DNA of 63,588 nt, filler included, from Bigelowiella natans CCMP2755 (lineage: Eukaryota; Protista; Cercozoa): the NCBI GenBank assembly GCA_000320545.1. It is 5 parts of 5 records of this genome, joined end to end, with 100 filler letters (N's around TTAATTAATTAA, not from the genome) between each part and the next. Parts side by side here need not be neighbours in the genome. Positions count along the whole stretch, not along the records: positions 1 to 27,371 come from ADNK01001559.1; 4 more parts are not named here. One strand, written 5' to 3'. Positions 1 to 13,900 of this stretch are shown one piece after another. A model generated the notes under the pieces. The model was not told where the DNA came from, ran no database searches, and saw only the letters and a list, made by a program, of their open reading frames with translations. Within the stretch, counting starts at the first letter, position 1. Each line of letters starts with the position of its first letter. A program made the position numbers and the translations under genes.

Positions 1-304
1 CTTTTTCGCCTTGGCCTTCGCGTCGTAGTTGTAGCTGCAAGAAACACAGACTAGGTGTTGGTTTTTGTTCGACGATACGCAGGCAACTCAAACACGCACT
101 GCCAAGGCTACATCGCGATCAGTTATGTCATGTTATGAACCGGCTTGCTTGTGACCTATATCGACTTCTCTGACTGCTGAAGTCCGGGTAGCGTTCTGCA
201 GGATCGTTGTCGTTTCCATCGCCAGCATTTTGGTCGCCCTCGAATGTCTGCTGCTTATCTTCACCGAATAAATCCACCTCCTCCTCAAACGGTTCGCACA
301 TCAT
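1..304 (-). CDS. Possible 5' exons of a hypothetical gene running off the window start
   Basis: Minus-strand frame MMCEPFEEEVDLFGEDKQQTFEGDQNAGDGNDNDPAERYPDFSSQRSRY, a GT..AG intron, then YNYDAKAKAKK. No recognised homology, and a competing plus-strand exon-like stretch lies at 398-523. Confidence 0.3.
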
Positions 305-726
305 CCGGCGATACTCTGTTCATATGGTTTGTTGTGAGAATGCGGCCCTAATGCCCCCCCCCCCCCCCCCCCCTTCCCGCCCTCTCAGAATCTCTAGCAC
401 GTGCGGACCTCTATCGCTGACAATACTCCAAAGAGAAGGAAGCTCGACTTTTCCATCAAGGATATCGAAGAGACATTGGATATGCTCCTTTCGTTGCCCC
501 TCCCCTTGATCGCCGCTAAATAATACAGGGCTGGGCAGAAAATTTGAAGAAAGCGGGGAGGCGTGAATAGGAATGGTCTAGTGAGAAGCAAGAGATGTCA
601 TTTTCTCTCTTCCCGCTGTACCTTTTACCAGTGAGAGATTTAAACCAAAAAATTCCATGTGCGCATGCATGCTTGTATTCTGTTCTACATTGGCGTTCTG
701 TTTGGCAAGTTGATTGAACGATGAAG

Positions 727-985
727 CTACCTTAATAGGTTTGCCTGTATGTATGCCTTTCCATATTCGTATCTTTTTAAGTCAGAAAGGAGGGGGAATG
801 AGAAATAATGGGGGGAATGAGAAATAATGGGGGGAATGTGGTTTATCACTAGTTCCTTTTCATCGCAAGTGTGATTAGAAGATATCGATATAGTAGCTAT
901 ATTACTGCACAAGACAGAAGCCGTCCTCCCTGCGTAAGACCAAGCATCCTTCCCCATATGGAGAGGACACCTGCGTATGATAGAC

Positions 986-1029
<44 letters not shown>

Positions 1030-2624
1030 GGGGGGAGGGAGAAGAGTGAGACAAGAGAGAGAAATAGGCATCTACTGACTCATACCAAACACGCAATACA
1101 TAATTAAAGCATAAACCGCTTACTGCAACCTGTGTTCCAATTTCTAGAGGGCCAGTTGTCTATTAGATGGCAACAAACTTAAAACAATTGCATCCGAGTG
1201 CTTGTTTCGAAACGGAGCATGAGTACGAACAAATACTGACAAAACCTCTCTCTGAAGGCATTCCGCCCACGTAGTGATCATTTGGCCCTACGAAACCACG
1301 CAAATAGAGATAAGCAACACAGTCATTATATCTAACTAGAAATCTATTCACATTAACGTGCAAATAAATATCGCTATTGCTATGCCCCACCCGCAGGTTC
1401 TCCGAAGTCACGTAGACCGTTGCGAAACTCAGCCTAACTTCGCACATCAGCCCTTCCTTTTCACCTGGGAAAGAATATAATGGCAGAAACGATCGCAAGG
1501 CACATCAGCACAAATTGTCTATACTTCTCGCAGCTCCACTCTCCGCTGCTCCGTCGCCTTCTAAAAAGGGTTTCAAGGCTAAAGGGACAATGGATAATTG
1601 TACCTTGACTGAAGTTTGGCTTTACCAGCCCCCCAGCCCCCATCGGGGTAATGACCGTAGGCAAGACTTGCAATAACGGTGTCGAGTGGACTTTTCGTAT
1701 AATCCAGCTTTTGGATAACATTTCCAAATTTGTGGGAGGGAGAGGGAGATACGACGAAATTAGGACCTGGGCTAATTGCAGCTTATGTTATGTGGAATGC
1801 TAACTGAAAGCTTCTTGCGACAGAGTAAAACTACGCGCATGTAATGTCGCGTTCACTTGCAGCAGTGTTCATTTTTCTACCCATAAGGATGCTTAACCCA
1901 TTCCCCAGCCGTGTAGATGCTGTAGAAGACCTCCCCGACGTCCAAAGCATATACGATCTATGGAAAGAAGGCATGCACACATGATTCTCACACAGGGTTA
2001 ACAGAGCGTCGAAGTATATTCAGGTGTAGAATTGATATGCACTGGCAAGAATATCGATCCGTAATCGGGCGGTATCAAGTGAGAGCGCTCGTGACTTGAA
2101 CCGAGTAAAATGCAGAGAAAGAACCTGACTGTTTCCATCCGGGCTTTCGCGGACGTTCACGCCGCCTTGCCAGCAGACTTGATACCACATACTATAAGAG
2201 CATATCCAAGCACCAGTCCTTCTCTTGTCCCCTGGCTTTCATATTTGGTTAGTTTCCTAACGAGAGGCTAGGAACGGGAGACGTACGAAGATTAATCTTT
2301 TGCTTTGCGTGCCCAACAGTACGAAAACATGGACAGCAATGATTACTAGAAGGTGTTAGACTTTTTTCAAACGATTAAATTACTAAAATATTTGATATCA
2401 TGCTTATCACCTTTCCTGGATATACTTCCCCAAGTGTTTATTGTGAGAATCGACTTCTGTAGATATTTCGCCGATGAAATTTTTACGAGAAAAGGCGCTG
2501 CTATCAGCCTGCCAATCAGAAGGAAAACATTGATGCCGTTGTTTTTGCTCATAAATAGCGTATCGGTCGTTGTCGCTATGAAATGATTCGTTGGGTTTTG
2601 CCGATAAAGATCACCATGGATCAT
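727..2624 (-). CDS. Multi-exon hypothetical protein with two C-terminal SH3/Tudor-like beta repeats; 5' end uncertain
   Basis: Spliced C-terminus LEIGTQ|VSSPYGEGCLVLRREDGFCLVQ|YEYGKAYIQANLLR* (stop 727-729). A similar upstream unit VITPMGAG...CEVRLSFATVYVTSENLR shares the V-x-[ST]-P-x-G-x-G pattern. Confidence 0.4.
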
Positions 2625-3158
2625 GACAGGTTGTTACTCCCACCGAAAACGTAAAAACGGCTGTCGTTCCCCTTCATTCGAACAAATGAGTGGCCACCTC
2701 CTGCTCTAAAGTTCCTCCTGTAAAAAAAACCTACGTCAACTGTGATACGACTAAATTGAAATAGAATGGATATGCAGGACGCCGTTAGAATTTAATCCTT
2801 AAAATGCTCAATATGGTCGAAATTGTAGGAAATTATAGGGGATTTGGAGGTCTATCAGTTTTCGGAGCCTCCCCCTTCTTCGGTTGTGAAGCAGACTGAT
2901 CGTTGAGGCTTTCCACTATTCCTATGAGGCAGTTCGCGAAACAACTGGCGAAGAAGGTGATGATCTGGGTTACTGAGACAAAAGTGGGGAGGGGGGGGGG
3001 GGGGGGGGGGTAGCCAAAGGAATAATGAAAACTGTGTGGACCCCGAGTTCCTCCCTCGATCGTGGCACGTGACGCGTGCCTTCTAGCTTCGCATCATCAA
3101 AACAACAACACTAGCGAATAGAACTTGCATAAAGGTAATTTATGATAATTTACTGCAG

Positions 3159-3331
3159 ACGCGTTTTTTCGTCTCGTCATCGCGAGTTCTCCAAAACACG
3201 CAGTGGCGGCGGTTCCTCGGTACCTCTACTGCCTCCGCCAAACCGGCTCCTGGCAACCCTTTCCATCTTGCAATTCCAGTGCATGATATTAACCAGGTTG
3301 GTGTGCTTATATTTCTATCCAAATATCTATC

Positions 3332-3386
<55 letters not shown>

Positions 3387-4755
3387 TTCTTGTGCTGTCT
3401 CTCTGTCCCCCCCTCTCTCTCTCGTTTTCTGGCGCTCTTTTCGTATCCTTCCTAAGTCAGTTCGCAATGTTACAAATTTATTTATGTGCAATTGATATCG
3501 TCGTGAATCTGGTTCAAAGGCCCGTGATTTTTATGGGGAGATTCTCAGCTTGGAGGAAGGGCGACGAGATGGGGATAAGTGGCAGGTCATGAATCGTAGT
3601 CCTGGCATTTGCTGATGCATTTACATTTTGCATTCGTGCGTGCATGTTGTATTGTTGTTGCCTGTACGTGAATGATTTTTGATTGGAGAATTCGGTTTGC
3701 GTGCAGGATTACAGCATAAACGGGCATCAGCTGGTCTGCCACTGGGTCGGAACCGAGTAATGACAAAGCAACCTTTAAAACAGTTACCCATAGCCTGATT
3801 GACCTGTGTGTCGCAGCTACAAGTGTCCGGACTTTTACAACCCCGTTGACGGTGATGAGGTCAGATAGAAGCAGGGATTTTTTGGGAGGGGTGGGGTGCA
3901 TCACGAACCTGTAGTGGCCACGCGGATGTGGAATTAGCCGCGTCGAAATGAATTTTATTGTGCAATTTTGTTATTCAAGATTTTACGAAACAGTAGCCAG
4001 TGAAAGAATTCAGAATGTGTGTGTGTGTGTGTGTGTGTATCCGTTGGAATGAGGGTTGAGCATGATGTACGTATTTTAAATGGGTGTTATAGGTTCCTGT
4101 CCCTCATTTTGGCCTTGCTCTAACTGAAACGCAATTTCACGATCTGGCTGAAAAGTAACTCTTTGCTCCATTCATTTCTAAATTGCAATAAATCATGTGA
4201 TACAAAAACACACACACACATCGACAGACATATTCGATATATTACATATAATCATACATCGTGTCACAATTTTACATCATATGTGTTTGCAATAAATTTC
4301 ATCATGTACCGGTTCGCCTAATGACGTTCTACACCAAAAAGAGTCAAAAAGGTCGAAATATAAAAAGACAACTTAAACGTCTTCCTATAAAGGCTCTGTT
4401 TCTATCTGTACTAAGCTAGGGTAATACTTCTGAATACAGGCCGGCGTAAAGTTTATTATTGAGCCCCATTTGCGGTTCGAAGGGATGCCAGGAGAGCAGG
4501 TCTTCCACTCGAATAGAGAATATATCGGATTCAATTTGGATATGCAGCGTTTGTGAAATTTCTTATGTGACGCATTTATTTTCGTCAGTGGACTATGTTC
4601 TTTAAAGACCCCTCAGGAAATAACCTTGAGTTTAAGGTGCATCTCTTTCGAGTGGCTCAATGCAGAACCGCCAGTCATATCTCTTTTGGTATTTTGATGT
4701 GCAGGCTATGACTACTCCCGAAAATCTGTTTGCTCGTTACGACGTTAATTCTTGA
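3159..4755 (+). CDS. Glyoxalase/bleomycin-resistance (VOC) family protein with a probable N-terminal organellar transit peptide; start codon not resolved
   Basis: Exons splice to PFHLAIPVHDINQ|ARDFYGEILSLEEGR..|DYSINGHQLVCH..|NPVDGDE|VPVPHFGLAL..|(K)VKK (10-nt micro-exon 4342-4351)|AGVKFIIEPHLRFEGMPGEQ|WTMFFKDPSGNNLEFK|AMTTPENLFARYDVNS*. Confidence 0.85.
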
Positions 4756-4949
4756 GGCAACACTGGCACAAGATTAAGTAAAAGGTGTCCGAAGATAGTT
4801 AATGGTTTTCATCTTGTATTTTCGTGAGCAGTGCCAACGTAGAAAGTACCTTCGCAGGTGTATTTCAGATTGATTCTATTACTTTGATTATTCATAATCC
4901 TATGTACTAAATGTCGTGAACAATGCATTGCACATCATTTGCAGTCAGT

Positions 4950-5350
4950 TTGCTTCTTGCATGCTAGCATGTGCGGTTCGAAAATTATAGCAGACAACTA
5001 GACATCCCGTGCGTGCTCACAGCTCTAGAGTTGCATGTCGTCATTTCTAGCCAGTCGAGATGTCTATATGTACTTGTAGGGACGTCTCTAGCTAGCTAGC
5101 TAGGTCTAGAGGTGTGCAGGCATGACAGCATGTCGCACGCACTACTAGACTAGCTAGCTAGCACAAGCTCTAGAGCTAGCAAGCTAGCAAGGTGAGCTAG
5201 TAAGCAACGATGATCAATTGCATGCAAGCATGCCGTAGTGTGAAACACATGCTGTGTTTATGCTCTGAGATATACTCAATCCAGCGCATTGTAATTTTGT
5301 GACGAAGCTACCTATCTAGCAGCATCAGCAGCATAGCTAGTGTTTCGTCG
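4950..5350. repeat. CTAG/AGCT palindrome-rich intergenic island
   Basis: Runs such as ctagctagctag and agctctagagctag between two convergent stop codons (4755 and 5625). Confidence 0.75.
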
Positions 5351-5624
5351 ATACAAGTGCGAGTAACACACATAATTGGATACTTGCTGTTAAATATGCA
5401 GCTACAAACGTACATTGCCATACTAGAATTTCAGGAAATAAGTGCATGATGCATGGCACGGAAATTGTAGACATGAAGCAACATTGTAATATTCGCACAA
5501 TTCATGTTTGTATTCAATCACCTCATAATCAGTATTTTTTTTAATATTCATTAATCTCTGCAACTTGGCGACAGGAGGCTGAATTTTTGATGTACTTCCT
5601 TCAAATCATTGTAAATCTGTTCGT

Positions 5625-6968
5625 CTACGTAGTGGGACTGTTATTTATCACGTCATCCATCTTCCATTGTGGGCTTCGATGGGAAACACGTCGAGCATCC
5701 TTTTCACGTGGGGTGTCTCCACCAGTTTTCATTGCTTGCAGCAGATCAGGATGTAGTTTAATGGAATTAGAAACAGACCCTTCACTCAATGAGATGTTTT
5801 CTCCATCTAAAACATTACATAACCTAACTTAGAGACGGCCAGAATCGAGTAAATGTGTGTGTAGACCTTTATTAGAGAAGCTGTGAGCTTGCAGATTTTC
5901 TTCTATGCTGCTCTTTTTCCTCACTGGAGTTTTAGTGGAGGAAATACTTCTGCCACCATCTCCATTAATTGCCTTCTTTTTTTCAACGAGGGAAAAGACT
6001 TCATCCAAAGAGCTTCGGCGTTGATTGTCTATAAACTGAGCAAATTCTAATTTCATTGTAATACAGCAAAGGGTGAAGAAGAAAACAACCTCTTTTTCTT
6101 CCCTTGTAAGTACATGAGTCAATGAATGCGAGGGCTTATGGCGAGTACCATTGTTTGGACTCGGACTTCTCAATGTTTCTTGGGAATGATGTTTCATTTG
6201 AGATTCCAGTTTGTAATTCTTTCATAAGGAAAAATACTTAAGTGACTGCTCCTTGGAATTGTTAATTCATTTAAACACTAACAGACTTCAATTTTATATT
6301 ATTTCTATCATGTATTGTTAGAGTTGCGAACGATAAGTACCGTTTGGTTAGAAGCAATCTTCTTGGCTTCTTTTTCTTTCTTTACCTGCTGAAGAAACTC
6401 AAAATCCTTCCGTTGTAAATCTTTATACTCTCTTTTCCAGAAGTTATGGCACGATTGCCTTTTTCTTTGACTAGATTTTAACATCTTTTTGATTGTCAGT
6501 ACCCAGTTATCTCGATCAACTATTTCATTGCATATTATTGCATTATTACATAGACTAATGAATTCTTGATTTTTTAAAATATGTTACCCATACTCTCCGC
6601 TTTTAACTCAAACGTTCTTTTGTTCCCCCTCAGAAGTATCGAAAATGAATTATCTCTGCGTCCCTTCTTTGTACTTTCGACAATTATTACATCCTAGCAC
6701 ATTTGTCCACAAGTTACAAAAACAATAGAAAACAAAAGCCAGTCCCTAACCTTAACGAAGGAAATTGGAATCACGCCAGCAGGATTTCTTAGATTCTTTC
6801 TAGACTTCGCATATTTCAGACACGACTGATACTTGCTGAGGGCAAAGTAAAACTTCTGCCATACAACCATAAATCCTGCAGGCATATTCGAATTAATGAG
6901 TCGTCCTGGTAAAAGAAAGCGAAGTTTCATAACCTAATGCCTTCTTTGGTCGCTTCTTTGTTAGATAT
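5625..6968 (-). CDS. PH-domain protein; 5' end uncertain
   Basis: Spliced YLTKKRPKKALG|FMVVWQKFYFALSKYQSCLKYAKS..PAGVIPISFVK|DVIIVE..FSILLRGNKRTFELKAESM|VDRDNWVLTIKKML. This has PH strands and the terminal Trp helix, followed by a Ser-rich tail. Confidence 0.75.
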
Positions 6969-7921
6969 CTACGTAGAAGTACCAAACAATTTACAATTTT
7001 ATTGCCTTATTCCAACATAAGAGAGCGCAAGGTATTAATAGAGAATGGTCTAATCGTACATCTTGCATCGTAGATCTTGCATCATGCATCACTGCGAATG
7101 GATACTGCCATGTTTGATGAAAACTCTCTACGGCATTTATTTGTTCACCCGGCTATTTCATAATCATCGCAGATCGGATCCGATGCGTTCCTTTGCCGTG
7201 AATTGACTGGAGATGCGACACTCTTTCGCTTCGGACCCTGCATAGGTAGGGGAACCCTCTCGCTTTCGTAATTGATGGCTCCCAGTACTCAAAAAACAGT
7301 CGCGAAGTTATTGTCGCAGACCTATTTTATACTATGTTTGCAATAGCCATCTATCAAAACCTCGTTGCTGTTGTCTCGACAATAATATCGCCTAGAATTG
7401 TGGGAACTTCGAACAGAGGGGAAAAAGGTTGCCGACATATATTTCGGTTTTTGTGCTTCTTGGTGGTTATTCCTTTAAATCCAGAGGACTTAGACACTGA
7501 GACAAATGTCTTCTGAATTTATATTATTTTTTCGGGGCATCTTCCCGCGCCTGGGCACCCCACCTTCCCTCTCAATATTTCCGTTGGGTCATTTGTGTCC
7601 CTCATAATGGTGAATGAGCTCTTCATATTTGCAACTTGATATTCCAATTTTCGATGTTTAAATTACCAGCGCAAGTTGATCGAAATGGTCACCTGGATGA
7701 GTATTGAAAATAAAGTTGTGATTATCAGTTATTGTAGTTGTGTTGTGTCATCGCTCATTGAGACCTGGCTACAGTATTTCTATTGTTCGTATCTAGAATG
7801 CTACAAGGGGAATTTCAATATATTAAAATATATTGAAACACTATATCAATCCTCTCCTCCAAAAATTTAATAATTCGATCTTAGTTTGAATGATGTATTA
7901 GAGTCTTTTCTAAATTCGTAG

Positions 7922-10900
7922 GAAGATTTGATTTCTCCAACATCGCCCGAAGTTCTCTTTAATGCTCTTCCACTTGTCCGAAGGGGTCTTGCACTTGTAA
8001 TTGCTGTGCTTCGAAACTCCGAAGTAGTGAAAAGGAGCGGTGCTATTCCTTTTGTGACCTATTTTACCGACAGCGATGTGGCATTAAAAGAGGTTAGTAT
8101 GTAACTCAGACCTCAGATGCTGCAATGAATAATATATTTTGGTATCTTGATTAGGTCAAAACCCAATCACTTGCATTCGCTGATTCAATTTCTCCACCGA
8201 CCCTGTACGTGCTTGGTGATGATGCTGGAGCTGGAGCAAAATCGATGGATGGAAGTATATCATTCATTCAAAAATTGACGACCATGGTATGTTCGTACTG
8301 CACGCGAATGAACACTGGTTGTATGTTTATCCGCAAGTTTCAGTGAAAGAAATATGGGGATAGAGCAAAGAGAGAGAGAGACTCTGCCAAATAACGCACG
8401 CTCATGCACTACCGAACACTCAAAAAGATGACCATGCATTTGATCCATTTTCAATTCATATTGCATTTTTTGCACAAAAGTTATTTGGGTAATTCGTCTA
8501 CATCCCAGAAAAATAAAGCTACGTTTTCTACTTTTACATTTTATTTAATTAAATTCGATCATTGTGTATAAATATTTAGGGAAGTAGCTTTATTTTACGC
8601 TGGATAAACTATCAAGATTTCACGAAGAAATACGGATTTATTCTAAAATCAGAAGTGGGCATGCAATCTCCAGTACGTTGAAACAATACGGCTGTTATGC
8701 TTAAAAATTCTCACGGTCATTATAAATTTTAAATAGAAAATATGGTATCCCTCCGAAATTATAAATGACTTTATATTCGTTGGCTCCAAAACTCAAGCGA
8801 AGCAAACAGACCAGCTGTGTACTCTCGGAATCAAATATGTACGGAAGAACATTCGACAGGGATTACCATATAAAACAGTATATGTATAAATATAGGTAAT
8901 ATCTTGTGTAAAGACTATTTTCAACCAAGAACAGTTGAATAAGTTTGTATGTGTAGATGCAAACTTAGCAGGTAAAATGCCAAACTATGTTTTATCTATA
9001 TACATTATACAAAACCTAGGGGGATCGTGTATGAATAATATATCTTGATCTCAAATAGACCTTTCAAGGGGAAACGATGTGATATTTTCCATGTTGGACA
9101 AGGCTAGAGACTTAAAGGAAAAAGTATTGATATTCGATACAAAAGGAAGCCTTCACTCTCTTGCAGTAGTCGTGGAATACTTAATGGCTCGGGAGGTTTA
9201 TATTTAGCTCTAAAATGTTTTCGTGCTTTCGTAAGACTCCCATTGTCAGGCTATGAAGTTAGAAAACGCCATGAAGATCGTTGACCGTAGAAGATCATCA
9301 ATGGATTTCTCCACAAGTCTTCGGTAAATATGTAATTATACTTGTGCGTAGTTCTTTAATCTAAGCCAATCTACAGTGAACAACTACAAGCATTCGAAGA
9401 GGATCTGAAGAAGAATCCTTTTTACTATTCATCGCAAGCTGTCGCTCAACGAAATTCTTCTGACACTATGCCAAAAGAGAACACCAAATCGAGTACTTTA
9501 CTACAAACCGAGAATTTAAGGTGGCTGTAGGACTAGACACCCTTTTCCAATAAAAATGATTTTCATTACACTTACTGTTGTATCCATCAGTCCCCGGTTT
9601 GAAATCACGGACGCACACAAGCAAGATAAAGGTTTAGGCTTGCTGTCGCCAACGCATCTATCACCGACGCATCTAATACCTCCAAAGGTAACTTGGAACA
9701 GATTAATACATAAGCATTGCAATATCATTGTAACACTATTTTTCCTATGTGTATGTAGCGTGAACCTTTAGATATAAATGGAGTAGAGGATAGAAATAGA
9801 CAATTCAAGACATCTCGATCTCCCGTTCGGAATAGTAATAGAACAATGGGATTTGACACGAAATTGGAATATAGAGCCAAAGGGTTTAACAATAATGTTA
9901 TTCTTACAGGTAAGACAGTTTCACATATCTAACTAAATACTGCTAATATGACCAAATGCATCTCCTCCGAGCAACTTTACTTGTTTTAACGACAGATCCA
10001 AACGGGAAAATGTTCGATCTGGCAAAGCCGAAGCCGATGGAAGTTGTGATTGAAGGTGATCGAATTGAACCTAAGATAGACATTAAGAACCGTTTAAGTT
10101 GGATCACAATAGAGTTAATTCCAAGGTATGTAGTTTATACAGAAAACGGCTGATAACTTGGTCCTAATGTCCTAAAATTGTATGTTATTGTAGGTTTCTA
10201 CATGTTTCAATCCTCGCAGATTCTTCTGAGAAAGAAAACGAAAGCTTGAAGGAAAATTTCAGTCCAGATATGCTACTACTTGAAGAATGTGAAGTTCTTA
10301 AGAAAACTGAGTGGAGTAGGAAAGGCATTGACTCTGCAATCATGATGAAGGCTGTAACTATTACACACCAGAGTACTCGTGTACCGCATGACCTTCAAAT
10401 GAATTCCTTAAATCACTTCGACTTTGAAGTCGACACTCCCGAGGGGTTTGCAGAATCTGCAGGCATCTTATATAAACTGCTGGAGAAACTCTACCTTCAT
10501 AATTCTCGTCGCTTTGTGTGTTTACTGGATGAGGAGTGTAAGGTTCCCGAGCTTGTTTTAGTAGGTCTTGACAAGGCCCTTGTCCTCTCAGCTGCAAGTG
10601 CATTTTTAATGCACCACCAATTGAGATCTTTATCGGAAGTCCTACTAGCAGTAAATGCTAAGCTAGGATCTGAACCTGCAATAGAACTGAGTTCTGAATG
10701 GGGCCGTTACTTACACTGCTTATGTATATACGAAACTCTACTCTTCGATTATCCGCGCTCCAGAGCCGAGACCGTAACGGATTTGAAAGATATTCAGCAA
10801 CGAAGATATGTAACCCTCGGACCACGTCAGTTTTTCAACTTTATGCAGATTTCTATTCCTAAGCGGGGGGAGAAGCACATAACTGAGATACTCTTGTGGG

Positions 10901-13900
10901 ACACTCGACCAAGCACCAAATACCTCCAGGGACACATTAAGTCAGGAAAGGTAGAGGCTGCGAATTTACCCGTTATTCCAGGGAAGGAAATGCCAAATCC
11001 CGACGAAATGCATAAGAGATTAAAAGATATTAGAGCTCGACTCAGTTGGAAGTCATGGCGTTTGAGAGATTTGGTAGTATATGGTAGCAAGCCTCTTGGC
11101 ACAGGAGTGACCGATGGATTTGACACCAACAATTATTCTACCAACGATGTCAAAGAAAGTCTGAAACATTTAGCAGCATATTTAGCGACTCAGATGAAGC
11201 TTCATGGGATGTGCTGGCTGCTATCTGACTACCTTGCTTTCAGCACAAAGTATCCATATCTCATAACGGAGCCTATGAAAGGAAAGACCACTGCAGCAAG
11301 TACGGGATTTCGAATACAATGTCGAACTATGCTGGGATACCCTTTGGAAATATTAGACGGGTTTTTATTCTTTTCCGATCTATCTGGAGAACAGGTTTCG
11401 GATGAATTTAAGAAAAGGCTAAAGGAGATGGGCATCCAATATTTGATTGCAATAAATGCTGACATTGAAGTGGAAGATGTGCATTGCACAAACGCAAAAA
11501 TAGATGGGGACCTCTTATCTAACTTTGAGCAGCACGTGACAGTATTCCACAGCTTAGAGCATTTACGAAATAATGCCTATGAAAATGGAGAAAGCGCCAG
11601 TGATACAACATCAAGCTCACAATTTAAGCGTCAGAAAGTGTTAATTTGTTCTGCTCCATCTCAGGTATCACGGTTGTAGGTATTGATCAAAAGATTTGAA
11701 TGTTCATTTCTTACTTTGACAATCTTCAGATAAGTAGCAACATTTCCCCTCGCTCGTCCGCACGTGCAAGCTATGCTGATACCTTAGTATTAGCATATGT
11801 AATGATCCTGCAAAATCTTACATTAGGAAAGCTTCGTCAGATGACACAGGTTAACTGTATTGCACTTATTATATAATACTCCTCTCATGCTCTACATTTT
11901 TCAATTTTTATCTTTGCAATATCGGTTAGGACTACCATTTAAATCTTGCTCCAGACTGGAAAGCCCTTCGCCAGTTTAGTAGAAAGAGAAAGCACGTACT
12001 GTCACAATCTCATGTAAAAACCATAGGCTGCCAAATGAAATCTACCTTCGATGACGAAAGATTACCTGAGTCCAATAAAAGAATTGGAAACATCCGTCCA
12101 TTTAATGAGAAAGAGGTTGGTGTTACATCTGCAGTCGGCGTTGACCATAAGTCGAACAAGCTAAACATTTGCGCAAAATCGATAACAGTGCATAATCTAG
12201 TCAATTTGTTGTCATCCAAGATTAAATTTTTGGTTTTGGACACTCGATCCTTGGTGCTCTATTCCCAAAAGCATATACCAAGATCAATCTGCGTTCCGTT
12301 AGACCCTAATCTTCCTCAAATTCCAATTGAGGATCTTCAATCGGCTATTCGTATGCCCGCAAATAGCAGGAAAGAACAGGATTACATTGATAAGATCCGC
12401 GCGGCAATATCCGCCTTCGGAGCTTATCACATTGTACTAGTGGCTGATAGCAACGTCTCCACAGAGAAAGTAACAAATGCGCTTTTAAGGGAATTTCACA
12501 GCTTGAATCGGAAAGTGAATATTTCTCATCTTGAAGGGGGCTTCAAGGCTTTCCTGGTACTATCTAGGCATTTTCTTTATTTATTAACTCTAGATCCGAA
12601 AATACTCACTCTTATTTACTCGATGTTTTCACGATATTCTTAGACGGCTTATCCCGGTCTTATCATCACCGAGGATAAAAAATCATGTATTTCGGAAACA
12701 TATTTTGACGTCCCACTTTCTATTCCAACAGTGGTTGTTCCTGCTAGATTATTTCTCGGAAGTCTTGAAGACAGCAAAAATGTTGAGATCATGAGGAGCT
12801 TACGAATTAAGCGGGTGGTTTTAGTGACGAAATATAAGGGAGTGTACACATTTTACCCAGATGAATTTGATTACATGAGAATGGAGCCCCTTCCAGTTTC
12901 GTTTGAGAATTCTGCAAATCTGGTTTGGAACTTCGTGAACGCTGCCGACTACGATCGCAACGCCACCATTCTTGTTGGCCACTCTGTAGATTCAGCCACT
13001 GCTACTTATGCAATCGCTTATTTGATTCAAACGGAAAAGTTGTCGATGGTAGAAGCATCCCAACAAATCCAAACCGCACGGCCGACGCTGGCTCTTAGTG
13101 CTAGAGCTGCCACACAAGCCTGTAATTTTGAAAATCATGTATTTTCAGGAAATAATAAGCGTGGAAATAGCCAGGATAGCAATGAATTTTACGATTTTGA
13201 CAAGTGTCTTCGTCGGGAGCCGAAAGAACCTGATATTAGAATGGCAAGGAAGCTGACAAATACTGTAGTAGGGAAAAAAGTACGTTATGAAAACAATCTG
13301 TCGGATCATAAACCTAGCAAAATACGTTTCCATGAAAATAATGAAAGTACACATTATCGAATGCGAATCCAAAGGATTGAGGCAGAACTATTGAGTACCG
13401 AAAAAGAAAAGGACAAAATCACTCTGGAGAATCGTAGGTTGAAACTTCAATTGAAGCAAGCTACAGAAACCGTTGAAGTTTACCGTAAGCTAAACCAAAA
13501 AGAAGCAGAGAAGGATACTGTGTTTGAGGCTAGCCCTTTGAACAGCGGCGAATTCAGCGACGAGCTTTCCCAAGGATCTGGCACATCTTTAAGTGAAGAG
13601 GAAACTCTAACAACAACCAACGAGTCTCTAGAAAATAATGACACAAAGGAAAAAGAAGACCAGATTCGAAAAGAAATAGAAATGGAAATCCGGCAGAAAC
13701 AGGAAGGAGATATTCGTAAACAAATCGAAGGAGAGATTCGAAAGCAAAGTAAGGAGAAGATGATTAAAGAAATTGAAGAAGAAATCCGACAGACAAAGGA
13801 GAAAGAGATCCGTAAACAAATCGAGGAAGAAGTTCGGAGTGAGATTGAAGAGAAAGCGAAAATGGAAGTTGAAGTCCGAATGAGAAAAGAGGAAGATATT

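Noticed and set aside
6580-6693. Suspected frameshift in the PH-domain exon
   Set aside because: A recount of the T-run shows the frame is intact (LRGNKRTFELKAES).
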